64,000 bases of DNA. Origin: an uncultured Mycoplasmatota bacterium (GTDB lineage: Bacteria > Bacillota_I > Bacilli_A > RF39 > UBA660). The stretch spans positions 22,496-86,495 of the forward strand of contig CAMMMH010000002.1 of the NCBI GenBank assembly GCA_946497955.1, written 5' to 3'. Positions 28,701 through 37,800 of this stretch are shown in pieces. A program made the translations under genes and the position numbers. Under the pieces are notes generated by a model, which saw nothing but the letters and a program-made list of their open reading frames with translations, searched no databases and had not been told where the DNA came from. Within the stretch, counting starts at the first letter, position 1. Each line of letters starts with the position of its first letter.

Positions 28701-29260
28701 AAAAGCATAGATGCAGTAGAAAACACACTAACAGCATTATTAGCCCACCAACCAAAATCTCCAAGAACAAATGTATCTCCTGGATTTTTTTGATATATTT
28801 CAAATCTATTTCTTATATCATTTTGTAACCCTTCAATATACGTACTAACTGGATTAGTATAATCATTATCTTCTGCAGTAAAAGGTTGAATTACAGCATC
28901 GATTACATTACTAACTCCTAAAAATGTTCCAAGTATAGCTTCATTTACTATACCTTGAGTTACAGCTCTTCCTGCTTGTTCTAACGCAGATTGATTATTT
29001 GCTCTTTCATTTTGTAATTCTTCTTCACTATTAATAGGATTTATTGCTACATCATATTCAGAATATTTATCTGGATCACCGTATTGAGTAAATCCTGTTC
29101 TAATAGTATTAGCTAATTCGTTTATTCCTTTAGAAAATCCTTCTTCTCTATCGTTAGAAACAACATAAGGAGGCTCTAAGGCCCCCTTTTTTGTTTTAGG
29201 ATTATATTTAGGATTATTTTGTATTTCTCCGTTATTTATAAAATCAATTATATTACTCAT
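22742..29260 (-). CDS. giant virion/ejected protein (2172 aa) with zincin-like HExxH motif and acidic C-terminal tail
   Basis: Uninterrupted 6.5-kb ORF. LLIHENLHDKI (HENLH, nt 23675-23689, aa 1858-1862). Long coiled-coil-like central part and a D/E/N-rich tail near the C-terminus. Confidence 0.75.
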   Translation of the reverse strand: MSNIIDFINNGEIQNNPKYNPKTKKGALEPPYVVSNDREEGFSKGINELANTIRTGFTQYGDPDKYSEYDVAINPINSEEELQNERANNQSALEQAGRAVTQGIVNEAILGTFLGVSNVIDAVIQPFTAEDNDYTNPVSTYIEGLQNDIRNRFEIYQKNPGDTFVLGDFGWWANNAVSVFSTASMLLPTLGVTKGISLLGKIRAINNAANYTTRGIAKLARNTSKFISGKAPSVERLDKTIKLSSEIVGNAFVSRTIENYMEARGVWNEVKDNTLAKLQSMSGEELDELIERNPQFKDKSLDEIANYIAGESADKTFVNDYAMLLMDIAQFKAIGSLWKGVTKKTPTSKLRSENKKAIKNLVGKAEETATKNAKNSSWLNNRIELIKEGFKNPLSVISGIEWSEGIEEGYQGIQTEKGKEVAEMILDPNYTPRTIGNYLSDSAIWEQAFWGVLGGVAFQKGGAALGNIYRKAEAKYKHKKGKISDEDFALNMTAEEKIRSEEIKGRAAINKKFVDSMKLLEDLKDPDEYKTDPITGKIIKEDGVELNKSLTPEEAEIKKAKLVNDYVSAITMSAIDAGNYNLLIDYISSPEFQQYFKETGLNLTIGNKQFDQQLLEKSKEIYNNYETALYNILKNTEVENESVARIAAREITREQLYLKEIDERRQLLKDKINEINTSDINVINDYKRKALKDYVKKQLAQIDRMEQSMYEDYRNHNITEQAKNQYEKDYNNRRKSLINLLNNNLFSTEITKQINNLFKNSGINISSEVNNILNDIETIINSQEEGEITNATKEFIDKQIGLDDAYSYQEYILPKNQQDYIDRINEISQQVDRLTQDRLNNAAKKVEDYIIKQDNLEQAIEDIMSGKVEELKNELDILKIGYYSTDAYTKSIIATVREEQQKRKKREKEEKEVIVDGKKVSESKAETIKKDIKTISNITENTETNSGDKESSPSTGNLTKTNVDNENNSELSEEEKLLKVITPEDIEQFDEAAKKDAEKLAEAYNISVDEEAVGMASTITFDIFRTSRNLFNDALDKDISSPEVQRIISMVTEAIEEKGVSVGFAPAAARRGVRVALNTISRRLSSRKDSRAEKFKQLADSIATMQDMTKDMAAITRSIPESELDSIIDNFLEAYKEYKQISTPAGQKVIINLDKLFNDIIYNEEIGIDIDTALHILWNMKDYINNPINTKYVFTSRRSLTAILNNPSEFFNSITNAKLQEVQLDNYMHISPITKRTEEYERLIAGLTGNEDVEVEYLPDRNGNINSISFKVKGKEIGYISVVFPNKTNTGYKVFISPYSGGIAYNISKTENGYSSNTDELFDAILDQEDVLWSIIHKEHVYNINPGSKSITDEEIDKFINHPAIKKALEDKVIILPKKYDERTKKVVDKYVTDRQKVKFIINKLENIVFYNPLAQLGIEYRESYNQWIKNAFNNFKNTHRIQTALDTNKKIITKFAGLSSTYGIGDSSDVKTLIDEEEHGISEIGLTFDKNPIVGVINDQNNSVLINEGTKKAISTFAPFKIGTMGMLIGGREDTPILVLFTSSNKLQDGIKKQLKDEIIDIITGFQEKRYTYEEVDKKLSSLFNGPGINNPTIFQGYSVIHHGNRIILNTGGKLGKYALVINKFKKDSNELGTGISYIPNGDINKTIGSISVNKKFIEKIAEEIVNNVVYNRTFYTLNNIEKDNTSDNPYMYKENGKFVIELGGIKTVYENFGDFVLRENAFNTTQGRNEYGGYFSNTDKINSLYVDVSVLEKPKSNLSPVEGEYQSIADTIKTATKEKFNSSKDLLKQATIPQDEIEFLSGTNIYGISLIPKEYGYDNKLTKEYAVFRNGKIFFGNAGASYANSSPFTLKRLLIHENLHDKISKQNLFDREGLVDDLFDTYYATIEAIDNIIKTANEDSAEYKNAVIVRQWIESNKFNPTEYFTKFTADKNAQYAEMTKEERRRIFAEEWLVETLTQPTLMNFLNNTRYDKEEVIVEGISNETKSIWQKIIDLLLKLFGKGSNNVKNNTIFAKQYLILGNINNNINITETNRKAKDNIKDDAGEDITKNEENITEEIKQDTDIDETQEFDEDNPEAFNDEFNDTNDTNNKEDDDLLDIELDTDDERLSSTTSAEEYILDHVANDGNATAETFGVTRITNMADYLNMFSEQDKPIIAKMLQNGELKYACR
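23966..23980 (-). repeat. GC-rich motif copy (- strand TCCCCTGTAGAGGGA)
   Basis: Inside the 2172-aa ORF, encoding LSPVEG. Confidence 0.8.
26391..26405 (+). repeat. GC-rich motif copy TTCCCTGTAGAGGGA (preceded by GTTAAA)
   Basis: Inside the 2172-aa ORF in antisense, encoding SPSTGNL. Confidence 0.8.
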
Positions 29261-29263
29261 AAC

Positions 29264-31933
29264 TTATTTATTTAAATTATATCCTAAATCATTATATAAA
29301 GATACATAATAAACAGATGCTAAATCTGGTCTTCCTATACTATTAGCTATATTTTTAGCTATATTTTTAATAGATTCATCTAATCTTGTAACTACATTTT
29401 TATTATTAAAATTTATATTACCACCTATAACATTATCTTTAATAATATTATATTCTTCCATATTTGATACAATAGTTACAGCAGAATTTCTATTTATAGG
29501 ATATTCTTCATTATTAATTTTATACGAAAATATATTATTTCCATAGCATTTTAATTGTTGAGAACCTATTGTTGGAGTATCATAATTTTCAGATAATATA
29601 TAATTTAATTTCATAGCATCTCCTTTAATTATTTTATCTGAAGCTATAGTACTTGGGTCATTATCAAATTCTTCTTGAGCTTTACTAGTAATTAACCCAG
29701 GAATAAAATAAGTTTTAGGATCTCCTGTAGGATTTCCATTCCCATCTAATTTAGGATAAATTGTAATATTTATTCCACTTCCTTGTATAGCATTATGTGC
29801 AAAATTATATGATACTCTTTTATTTCCAGCATTGGCTATTATTGTATTTCCTATATCTATTCTATCTTTAGAATTAATTTGCTCTTTTAATGTTCCATAT
29901 TTATCATCTTTATCTACAGCAAACATAGGAGTTTGAGCAAAATTATGTCCAACTATTTTACTTAATAATTCTTTATCTATTCTTTTAGTATTAGTATTAT
30001 ATTTAGTGTCATCAATAATTCCTTGATCATATAAATAATTTATTTTAGCTTCTTCAGCAGTTCTATAAGGAAGATTTTCATGAGATATAGTAATACTTTC
30101 TGGATTAAAACTATTTATTTTTTTATTAATAGTTTTTTTAGTATAATTAAAATTATCGCTAATTGCTTTTAAATAATTATCATTATAAGGTCTTGAACCA
30201 TACATCGTAGGATAAGTCTTTCTAACTAAATTAATATTATTATAATCTTTATCTAATATTTCATAATATGAATTATTATTATTTACTGTATTCATAGTAT
30301 TAGCTAATAATACTATATTTTTATAATTACTTTTAGGTAATCTTATATAATTAACTAATTCTCCATTTACTTGTTTTTGTCCTGTAGTAAAACCTAAGTC
30401 ATAAAATCCTGTTTTAGTATCTCCATTTAATATATTTATAGCTTCATTATATTCATCTATATTTCTAATATTTATATCTAAGTATTCTCCATCATTAGTA
30501 TATAATTCATTTATCATTTTTAATAATTTTTTATCATAAGGATTATTAGGATTAAAATTTCCTCCAGTTTCCATTCTATTTACATAATCTAGTTTATCTT
30601 TATCTTCAGTATTTAAATTTCCTATAATATTATCATAATTTCTAGTGGCTTCTGTATATTCTCTTAATTTTTTTCTACTATTAATAATAAAATCACTAAG
30701 TTGTGCATCATTTGCACCATCTTTTTTATATTGATTATATGCTTTAGTTATAACTCGTTTCCATGCATCTGGACTAGCATTAGTCATATTTACATTAACA
30801 TTTCTTCCAGTTCCTAGTTTAAATAGTTCTTCTAGTCCATTTTGAGCGTTTTGTCTTTTACTAGTTAAATCAGAAGTTATATCATATTTCATAGTAATAG
30901 GTGTAGAAGAACTTATTCCTCTAATAAAATCATTAGACTTAGTATTTATTTCAGCGGCTTGAGCTGTAGCCTGTTCAGCGGCTTTAGTTGCCGCCATATA
31001 AGTTTTTAAACCAGATCCGTAACTAGTATTATTTATTTGATTATAATAAGAAGCAGCATTTACAGCAGGGGATATTCTTTTTAATAAATATTGTTGTGGA
31101 GAAAGAGTTATCCCATTTTCATCAGTAACATCATCAATTATTAATTCATTAGATTTATTATCTTTTACAAGTTTATCATGTTTCCATAACGCAACATCAT
31201 AATCTTGTTGTAAACTTTCTTTAGCTCCAGGAGTACTTTCAATCATTGAATTAATACCTTGTAATATTTTTTCTTTACTAAGTCTTTCCCAACAATTAGT
31301 AGAAGAATTATAAACTTCTCCATCAAATGCTTCTGAAGGATTAGTTGTAACATTTCCGTTAACATCAATCCATCTTGTAAGTGTACCTCCTCCAGATTCT
31401 TTAGCCGCAATATTAATTCCTTGAACAATTAGTTGATTTAAAGGAACAACTTTTTTAGGAGAATTTATAGGTTCCCATTTAGTACTACCTATTATATTAC
31501 CATTATTGTCATATTTATCTTTATAATAATAAGGATTATTTTCTAAATAATAATCTTTATAATCTTGAGGTAAAGTATCATCTTTTTCAACTCTTTCTCT
31601 AAATGCTTTAAAATCTTTTTGCGCTTGAAGTCTACCAATCATTCCTTGATCAGAAGATAAATTACCAGCTTTTGCGATTATATTATCTAAAGCAGCATAC
31701 GAATTTCCATATATAGTATTATCATCTATTGTTTTTTGTATTTCATTTATTTTTTGTTGTCTCCATTCGTTTTCAGCTTCATTAAGATCAAATTTAGCCA
31801 TTTCAGCTTGAAGATTAGATGCTGTTTTAATAGCTTCTTTATGTCCTTGTTCTAAAGTATTAAATGTATTATTTAATGTAGTTAAATCGACTGGAGGTAT
31901 ATATTGTTTATTTATATAATTAAATTCTTTCAT
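29264..31933 (-). CDS. large virion-associated protein (889 aa), function unknown
   Basis: Long ORF whose stop lies 3 nt from the next start, within the block of giant genes. Confidence 0.75.
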   Translation of the reverse strand: MKEFNYINKQYIPPVDLTTLNNTFNTLEQGHKEAIKTASNLQAEMAKFDLNEAENEWRQQKINEIQKTIDDNTIYGNSYAALDNIIAKAGNLSSDQGMIGRLQAQKDFKAFRERVEKDDTLPQDYKDYYLENNPYYYKDKYDNNGNIIGSTKWEPINSPKKVVPLNQLIVQGINIAAKESGGGTLTRWIDVNGNVTTNPSEAFDGEVYNSSTNCWERLSKEKILQGINSMIESTPGAKESLQQDYDVALWKHDKLVKDNKSNELIIDDVTDENGITLSPQQYLLKRISPAVNAASYYNQINNTSYGSGLKTYMAATKAAEQATAQAAEINTKSNDFIRGISSSTPITMKYDITSDLTSKRQNAQNGLEELFKLGTGRNVNVNMTNASPDAWKRVITKAYNQYKKDGANDAQLSDFIINSRKKLREYTEATRNYDNIIGNLNTEDKDKLDYVNRMETGGNFNPNNPYDKKLLKMINELYTNDGEYLDINIRNIDEYNEAINILNGDTKTGFYDLGFTTGQKQVNGELVNYIRLPKSNYKNIVLLANTMNTVNNNNSYYEILDKDYNNINLVRKTYPTMYGSRPYNDNYLKAISDNFNYTKKTINKKINSFNPESITISHENLPYRTAEEAKINYLYDQGIIDDTKYNTNTKRIDKELLSKIVGHNFAQTPMFAVDKDDKYGTLKEQINSKDRIDIGNTIIANAGNKRVSYNFAHNAIQGSGINITIYPKLDGNGNPTGDPKTYFIPGLITSKAQEEFDNDPSTIASDKIIKGDAMKLNYILSENYDTPTIGSQQLKCYGNNIFSYKINNEEYPINRNSAVTIVSNMEEYNIIKDNVIGGNINFNNKNVVTRLDESIKNIAKNIANSIGRPDLASVYYVSLYNDLGYNLNK

Positions 31934-31941
31934 ATAACATA

Positions 31942-34107
31942 TTATTTATTATATTTTTTACCATAGGCTTTATCCCAATCTTCTATCATTTTATCAGTAA
32001 TTCCTCTAATTCCTAACGTTTTCAAAATTCTAGGATTAACATTTGGATTACCAGCAGCTATAGCTCTTACATTATTATCAAAAGTTTCTCTTTGTTGAAT
32101 ATTTGATATAGTATTTTGTATACCAGAATTAATATTATTAATTAATGAAATCTCATTTTCAGATTTCTTTTCTCTTACTAAATTTTCAAAATTAGTTTTA
32201 TTTTCTGCCCATTTATTATATTCATCAATATTTTCATTAGTAACAGTTTGTTGATTTAATTTGTCTTTATTAATTAAATTATTTTCAATATTTTCTTTTT
32301 CAGAATATAATTGATTAATATTTCTAATAGCATTATTTCTAACTCTTTGTTTTCTAGCTAAAGCTACTCTAGAACTAGCTGTATTATTATCTATTTGTTC
32401 TTCAATTTGTCCAGTTTGTTCTCGAATAACATCTAATTGAGGATTAATATTAACATTAGTTTTAAGTTTTGTTGCTCGTTTAGAAATTGGAGGATTACTA
32501 TATTTTAATTTATTAAGCATATTTTTATTAGCTCCATAAGATATTAATCCCCCTATAATATTAGAAGCAATTCCAATTCCATCATTTATATCAAAATTAA
32601 AATTATTACTAGATTTTTTATTTTCATTTTTTGTATTAGTAGCAGGAATTTTAACTAAATTATTATTTATACTTTCTGAAGTTATTTTAGGAAAGGTAAA
32701 AGGTAATTCTCCATTTTCTATAGGAGATTTAATTTCTACTAAATTAGGTTGATTTCTATAATTTATTTTAGTACCAGTTTTAGCTTTATTACGATTATCA
32801 AATTTGACTTTTGTCCAATTCCCTGTAGAGGGATTCATATGTAAAGTTGTTTTTCCATTTACTGTAACAGAATAAACTCCTCCAGCTTTAGCTTTTTTAC
32901 GAAGTTCTGGATAACGACTATATACTTTAGAACGAATATCACTACGTCCATGTAAACCAGCAAGTCTTAATGCATCTATAGCATCAGCTTTTGTAGGAAT
33001 AGGATAACTTCTATTTTTTCCAGCAAAATCATTATTTTTAACTTTAGGATATGGTTTAGATTTAGAACCATAATCTTTAGAACGACTTAAACCACCCATA
33101 CGTTTTTTATTTCTTTTTTTATAAAAATCGTTAATTAAACTATCTCTATTAGCTAAACCAGCTTCTTTATATATTTTATTAATTTCTTCTCTAACTTCAT
33201 CATCAGTACCTTCAAGAATAGCTTTTTGCATAGGAATATATTTTTCATCTTTAGGATTAAAATATTCTCTTGCAGTTCTACCACTTCCTCTATTATAAAT
33301 TAAATTAGTGATTAACGCTTCTTTAGTTTCAGTAATATTACCTTCATTATTATAATATTTGCGAATAAAATCTATTCTTCGTTTAGCACTTTGATTAGCG
33401 TCTTTAATTCTTTTATATCTTAATTCTCTTTCATCTTCTTCAGTAATATATTCTCTTCCTTTAGAATCTTTTTTAATTTTATCGCTAATATTACCACCCG
33501 TATGTTTATCTATTCCCATTCCAAAATTATCTTTATCAAAACCTTTCTTTTTAGGAGCATACCATCTACGATTAACTCTATCAAAACCTATACTATCAGG
33601 ATTTTCAGAATAATTAATTAATTTACCAACTTCAGTATTATCGTAATTAGGAGTATAATTTGGACTAATAATAGGGTTTTCTAAAGTAGAAACATTATTA
33701 ATTAAACCTTGTATTTCTCTAATTTTTTCAAGACCATTTTTCTTAGTACCATATCTACTTTTATTTTTTCTATTTTGATTATTCTTAGTACCATCATCAT
33801 TAATATTATTTCTATCTTTATAATTTTCTTGTTCTTTAAATACTTGATTAGGATTATTTCCTTTTATGACTTTTTCAGCAGGAGATTCGCCATTAAGAAA
33901 AGGAACAGAACTAAATACTTTTATATCATTATTAGAAATATGCATTATTTCTCCATCTTCAACTTCTAATCCTGTTCTAGGATTTTTACCAATATCGATT
34001 CCTCCAGTTTCATGTTTCCTTCCTTTCATATAGTAATAATTCTTTTTTCCTTTAATAGGAATTGCTATTCCTCCTCTAACTATATTTGGAACTTTTATAT
34101 TAGTCAT
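31942..34107 (-). CDS. large basic virion-associated protein (721 aa), function unknown
   Basis: Long ORF, first gene after the 128-nt spacer. It has Lys/Arg/Asn-rich stretches. Confidence 0.75.
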   Translation of the reverse strand: MTNIKVPNIVRGGIAIPIKGKKNYYYMKGRKHETGGIDIGKNPRTGLEVEDGEIMHISNNDIKVFSSVPFLNGESPAEKVIKGNNPNQVFKEQENYKDRNNINDDGTKNNQNRKNKSRYGTKKNGLEKIREIQGLINNVSTLENPIISPNYTPNYDNTEVGKLINYSENPDSIGFDRVNRRWYAPKKKGFDKDNFGMGIDKHTGGNISDKIKKDSKGREYITEEDERELRYKRIKDANQSAKRRIDFIRKYYNNEGNITETKEALITNLIYNRGSGRTAREYFNPKDEKYIPMQKAILEGTDDEVREEINKIYKEAGLANRDSLINDFYKKRNKKRMGGLSRSKDYGSKSKPYPKVKNNDFAGKNRSYPIPTKADAIDALRLAGLHGRSDIRSKVYSRYPELRKKAKAGGVYSVTVNGKTTLHMNPSTGNWTKVKFDNRNKAKTGTKINYRNQPNLVEIKSPIENGELPFTFPKITSESINNNLVKIPATNTKNENKKSSNNFNFDINDGIGIASNIIGGLISYGANKNMLNKLKYSNPPISKRATKLKTNVNINPQLDVIREQTGQIEEQIDNNTASSRVALARKQRVRNNAIRNINQLYSEKENIENNLINKDKLNQQTVTNENIDEYNKWAENKTNFENLVREKKSENEISLINNINSGIQNTISNIQQRETFDNNVRAIAAGNPNVNPRILKTLGIRGITDKMIEDWDKAYGKKYNK
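32819..32833 (+). repeat. GC-rich motif copy TTCCCTGTAGAGGGA
   Basis: Inside the 721-aa ORF in antisense, encoding NPSTGNW. Confidence 0.8.
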
Positions 34108-34119
34108 ATTATAAGATTA

Positions 34120-34139
34120 TATAAAATTATTAATTATTA
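34120..34139 (-). promoter_or_regulatory. conserved 20-nt upstream block TATAAAATTATTAATTATTA (copy 1)
   Basis: Identical to 39470-39489. It ends 12 nt upstream of the ATG at 34107. Confidence 0.5.
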
Positions 34140-34152
34140 TAAACTTTATATA

Positions 34153-34166
34153 AGCTAAAATTAGCT
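34153..34166. promoter_or_regulatory. variant palindrome AGCTAAAATTAGCT
   Basis: Intergenic, 45 nt upstream of the ATG at 34107 and 68 nt from the site at 34221. Confidence 0.55.
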
Positions 34167-34220
34167 TGTTTATATATTATATGATTTATTATTTATATGA
34201 TATTGTTAAATTATATCATA

Positions 34221-34234
34221 AGCTAAAAATAGCT
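34221..34234. promoter_or_regulatory. AGCTAWWWWTAGCT palindrome (AGCTAAAAATAGCT)
   Basis: Exact copy, 1 nt from the stop of gene 34236-34859. Confidence 0.6.
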
Positions 34235-34235
34235 A

Positions 34236-34859
34236 TTATTTACGTTTCTTTTTATTACGACACCCGCCCATTTTCATTTGTTGAACTCTATCCATATATT
34301 GATTATTATTAGTATTATTATAACTATTAGGTGTTAAATTAGTTTTATTATTCATACTAAATCCATCACTACTTTTAACTTGTTTAGCTGGAGTAGAACT
34401 TTCAAATAAACTATTAACTAATGTTCCAATTCCACTAGTTGCAGAACCTATTTCTGAACCTATTTTATTATCTATTTCTGTACCAAATAATGCTTTCTTT
34501 TTTCCTCCGCAAGCATATTTATTTTTACCACCACAAGCATATTTATTTCTTCCGCCACACGAATATTTTTTAATTCTTTTTATTCTATCATTATATTTAT
34601 TATTCATATTTATTTTTCCTCCATTTTTTAATGTAATTTTCTTTTTATATTCATTAACATAATCTTGATTAGAATATGATTGAGTCATTGCTTGAGCTTG
34701 ACTTAATGCATCTTTTCTAGTTTGTTCTTTTTGTTGTTGTTCATAAGCAGCTTCTTCGGCTTTTTTCTTTTTATTTGCACTTATTGCTCCTCCAATAACA
34801 TTAGCAGCTAAACCAATTACAGCTCCAAGAAATGCTTTATTTCTATTATATTTATTCAT
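34236..34859 (-). CDS. basic protein with N-terminal TM helix and tandem KYACGG(K/R)NK repeats (207 aa)
   Basis: AFLGAVIGLAANVIGGAISA helix, then YSCGGRNK-YACGGKNK-YACGGKKK encoded by three 24-nt units. Confidence 0.65.
   Translation of the reverse strand: MNKYNRNKAFLGAVIGLAANVIGGAISANKKKKAEEAAYEQQQKEQTRKDALSQAQAMTQSYSNQDYVNEYKKKITLKNGGKINMNNKYNDRIKRIKKYSCGGRNKYACGGKNKYACGGKKKALFGTEIDNKIGSEIGSATSGIGTLVNSLFESSTPAKQVKSSDGFSMNNKTNLTPNSYNNTNNNQYMDRVQQMKMGGCRNKKKRK
34494..34565 (-). repeat. three imperfect 24-nt tandem units encoding Y(S/A)CGG(R/K)(N/K)K
   Basis: - strand units: tattcgtgtggcggaagaaataaa / tatgcttgtggtggtaaaaataaa / tatgcttgcggaggaaaaaagaaa. Confidence 0.7.
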
Positions 34860-34861
34860 AT

Positions 34862-37800
34862 TTATTTAGATAATTTATAAGTTAAAGATTCAAATTCAAT
34901 TTTTTCATTTTCAATCTCAACAGTACCATTATTAAATATAAATTCTACTATAAAATAATTTCCATATAATCTACTTAATTCAATAGCAGATACAGTAGGA
35001 TAACTAGATAACTTATTTCTTAAATAACTAAAATTCCAATTTCCTAAATCCCAATATGGTTTATCATAACTTCCAAATATATTTTTATTATTTTCATCGT
35101 TAACTTCTATATTTAATTCTCCAGTATTTACTTCATTATTATAAACAATTAATTTATTTCCAGAAAATGGAACTTTGTATTCCTCTACAGGGGAATAAGT
35201 ATCAGCATTTTTAGCAGTTTTACTAATTTTAGATAATTTATAAGATATATATTCTAAATATTTAATAATATCAAAATCATTATTTATTATAATACTTATT
35301 TTAGAATCACTTCTATTATTATTTATAAATATTGATGATAATAAACTAGTAAAATCACAATAATCATTACTATTATTTGTAAATGAATATATATTACTAT
35401 TTTCTTTTTGATTAAGTGTATTATAAATATTTTTAATAAAATATAATTTTGATTTAGTATTATAAGCTTTATCAAAAGTATAAGAATGAAAACTAATAAA
35501 AGATTTAATATTATAATTATAACTTAATGTAGTATTATATTCAATATCATTAACATTATAAGTCATAGTTATTAATAATCTATTATTAACTTTATCGTTT
35601 GCAAATCTAACATTATAAGGTTTATATTTAAGTAACCATTCTATAATATCATTATCTATTATAGCTAATTGCTTATTATCAAATTGATAAAAATGATTAT
35701 TGCTATTATCATAAAATATATATCCAAATTGATCAACTATAGCTGCATTATTATCTTGCAATCCGCCAAATCCTAAATCAGAAGTAAAAATTTCTTTATA
35801 GTCTACTTCAAAAGCATCTGGTTGAGATAATTGAATACTTTGATCTACAGTTTGTAATTCATTAGAAGTATCAAACATAAATAAACTATGTTCAGTATGA
35901 ACAAGTAACATAGTTCCAATACCAATTAAATTAGTAATTATTCCTTTATTTTCAGTAATATTTTTATAACCTTCTAAAGGAAATTCTCTCCAAGAATTAA
36001 TTCTAGATTCATCTTGAATAATATTACTTCTTCTAATAGTTTTATTATAATTATTTATGTCTAATATATCTTCTCTATAATTAGTATAAGTTTTAGGATT
36101 AAAATCATCAGAACTTCCTTGTTTATTTTCAAAAAGATCAATAGAATTTGCTGGAGTAACAATACAACCGGTATAAAATCTTATAGCATTTTGATCTTGA
36201 GAATTAACAACAAAAGAAATATTTTTTGGAGAATTTTTAAAAGATTTACTTTCATTTATAATATTAGATATTTCTAAAGTTTGAATATACGATAACATAG
36301 GATTATCTATGTTATAAGTTCTATATGTATAAGATGGATTTAATAAATCATTTGTTGGATAAAATGGATAACTATTTAAACTATAAGATGCTACATTATT
36401 AGTTTCGTTAAAAATAAATCCATCTCCATTATATACTATTGTTCCTCTATAAGTATAATGTCCGTCTAAACCATGTTTTATATTAACATTTGAATATTTT
36501 ATATTATTATTTATAGTATAATCATATATATTTTCACTTATTCTTATTAATTTTTTATTATTAGTAGTATATATATTCCTATTAGAATTTAATAAACTTA
36601 CTTTATATATTTTAATTTTATTATTTATTGATGTGCTAGTCTTATAAAAATTAAATAAATCATTTATACCTTCTATAGATAAACAAGTTCCTTTATCTGC
36701 TCTATTATCTTTTATAGAATTAGCTATACATAAATTATAATTTTTTAATACTTTAATTCTAGGAGTATATAATAAAGAATTATTACTCTTAAATAATTCG
36801 ACTTTATTTAAATCATACATATATTCAAACATAGAATTTCTTTGACAATAATCTTGAAAATATATATTATTGCGATACGTATAATTAGGAACATCTTGAT
36901 TATCAAAATTATCATTTTCTATACGTAGTAAATTATAATTTAATTCAATACTATCTTCTATGTCAAAATAACTACTAAAAAATAAAGTTTTATTAGATAC
37001 TTCTGTATTTTTAGAATTAATAATTATAGGTGTTATTCCAGTATCTGGTTGGTTAAGTTCTCTATTAACATAACCCATTCCATAATCTATAGTTTTAAAA
37101 TCACATTTAGATAATATTCCAGTAACTTTTTTAATATATTCTGGTTTTTCATATGAAATAAAATAACCAACATATCCATCTGGGATTATAATATTTTCAA
37201 AATTTGGATAATATAATCTAGGAACATTACTATACGGAACTTTAAATAATCTATCTCCATTATTATTAATAAATACATCATAATCTAATTGACTATAAGG
37301 ATATTCCTCTAATACTGTTTTTATAGAAACAATTTCAAACCATTTAAAATCACTATCGATATATTCTTTATAATCTTCCAATAAATTAATAAATTCTATA
37401 TCTGTTCTAGGAGAATATAATGTTCTTATTGTAGCATCATATTCTTCATATATAGTAGTTATTTGATCATTATTAATTTTTTGTATAGTTTCAGATATAC
37501 TTTCATTTATATTAGCATATATATATCCTTCTGTATAAGGGTCGCCAGCTCTATATTGAAATGTAATAGGTATTGGTATAATATCTTCTTCTATAATATC
37601 TGTTGAATAAATAGACTCTTTAGCAACAATTTTTTTCTTATTAGTGAGCTTATATCCTTTAGTAGCTTCTCCATATTTATCTATAAAATGAATAAAAAAA
37701 TTATATACTTCTCCAGGTATTAAAGTGGATTTAGTAATTCTTTCTTTAAAATTTTTATTAGTGTTAATATGTAAAGATCCAAATAATACAGCAGAATAAT

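Noticed and set aside
29346-29361. AGCTATATTTTTAGCT (and AGCTAAAATAGAAGCT at 62205-62220), loose variants of the intergenic palindrome inside coding 3' ends
   Set aside because: Their spacing differs from the 14-nt consensus, and both can be explained by the local coding sequence (NIAKNIAN; GASILA). They are noted because both lie 33-100 nt upstream of the next gene start, but they are not counted.
32400-33700. Possible lysozyme-like segment in the 721-aa protein (GFDRVNRRWYAPKKKGFDKDNFGMGIDK ... LITNLIYNRGSG)
   Set aside because: It shows only a vague resemblance to the GH24 pattern (Y.D..G..T.G.G ... N.G.G), and I could not identify the catalytic Glu. A profile or structure search is needed before any call.
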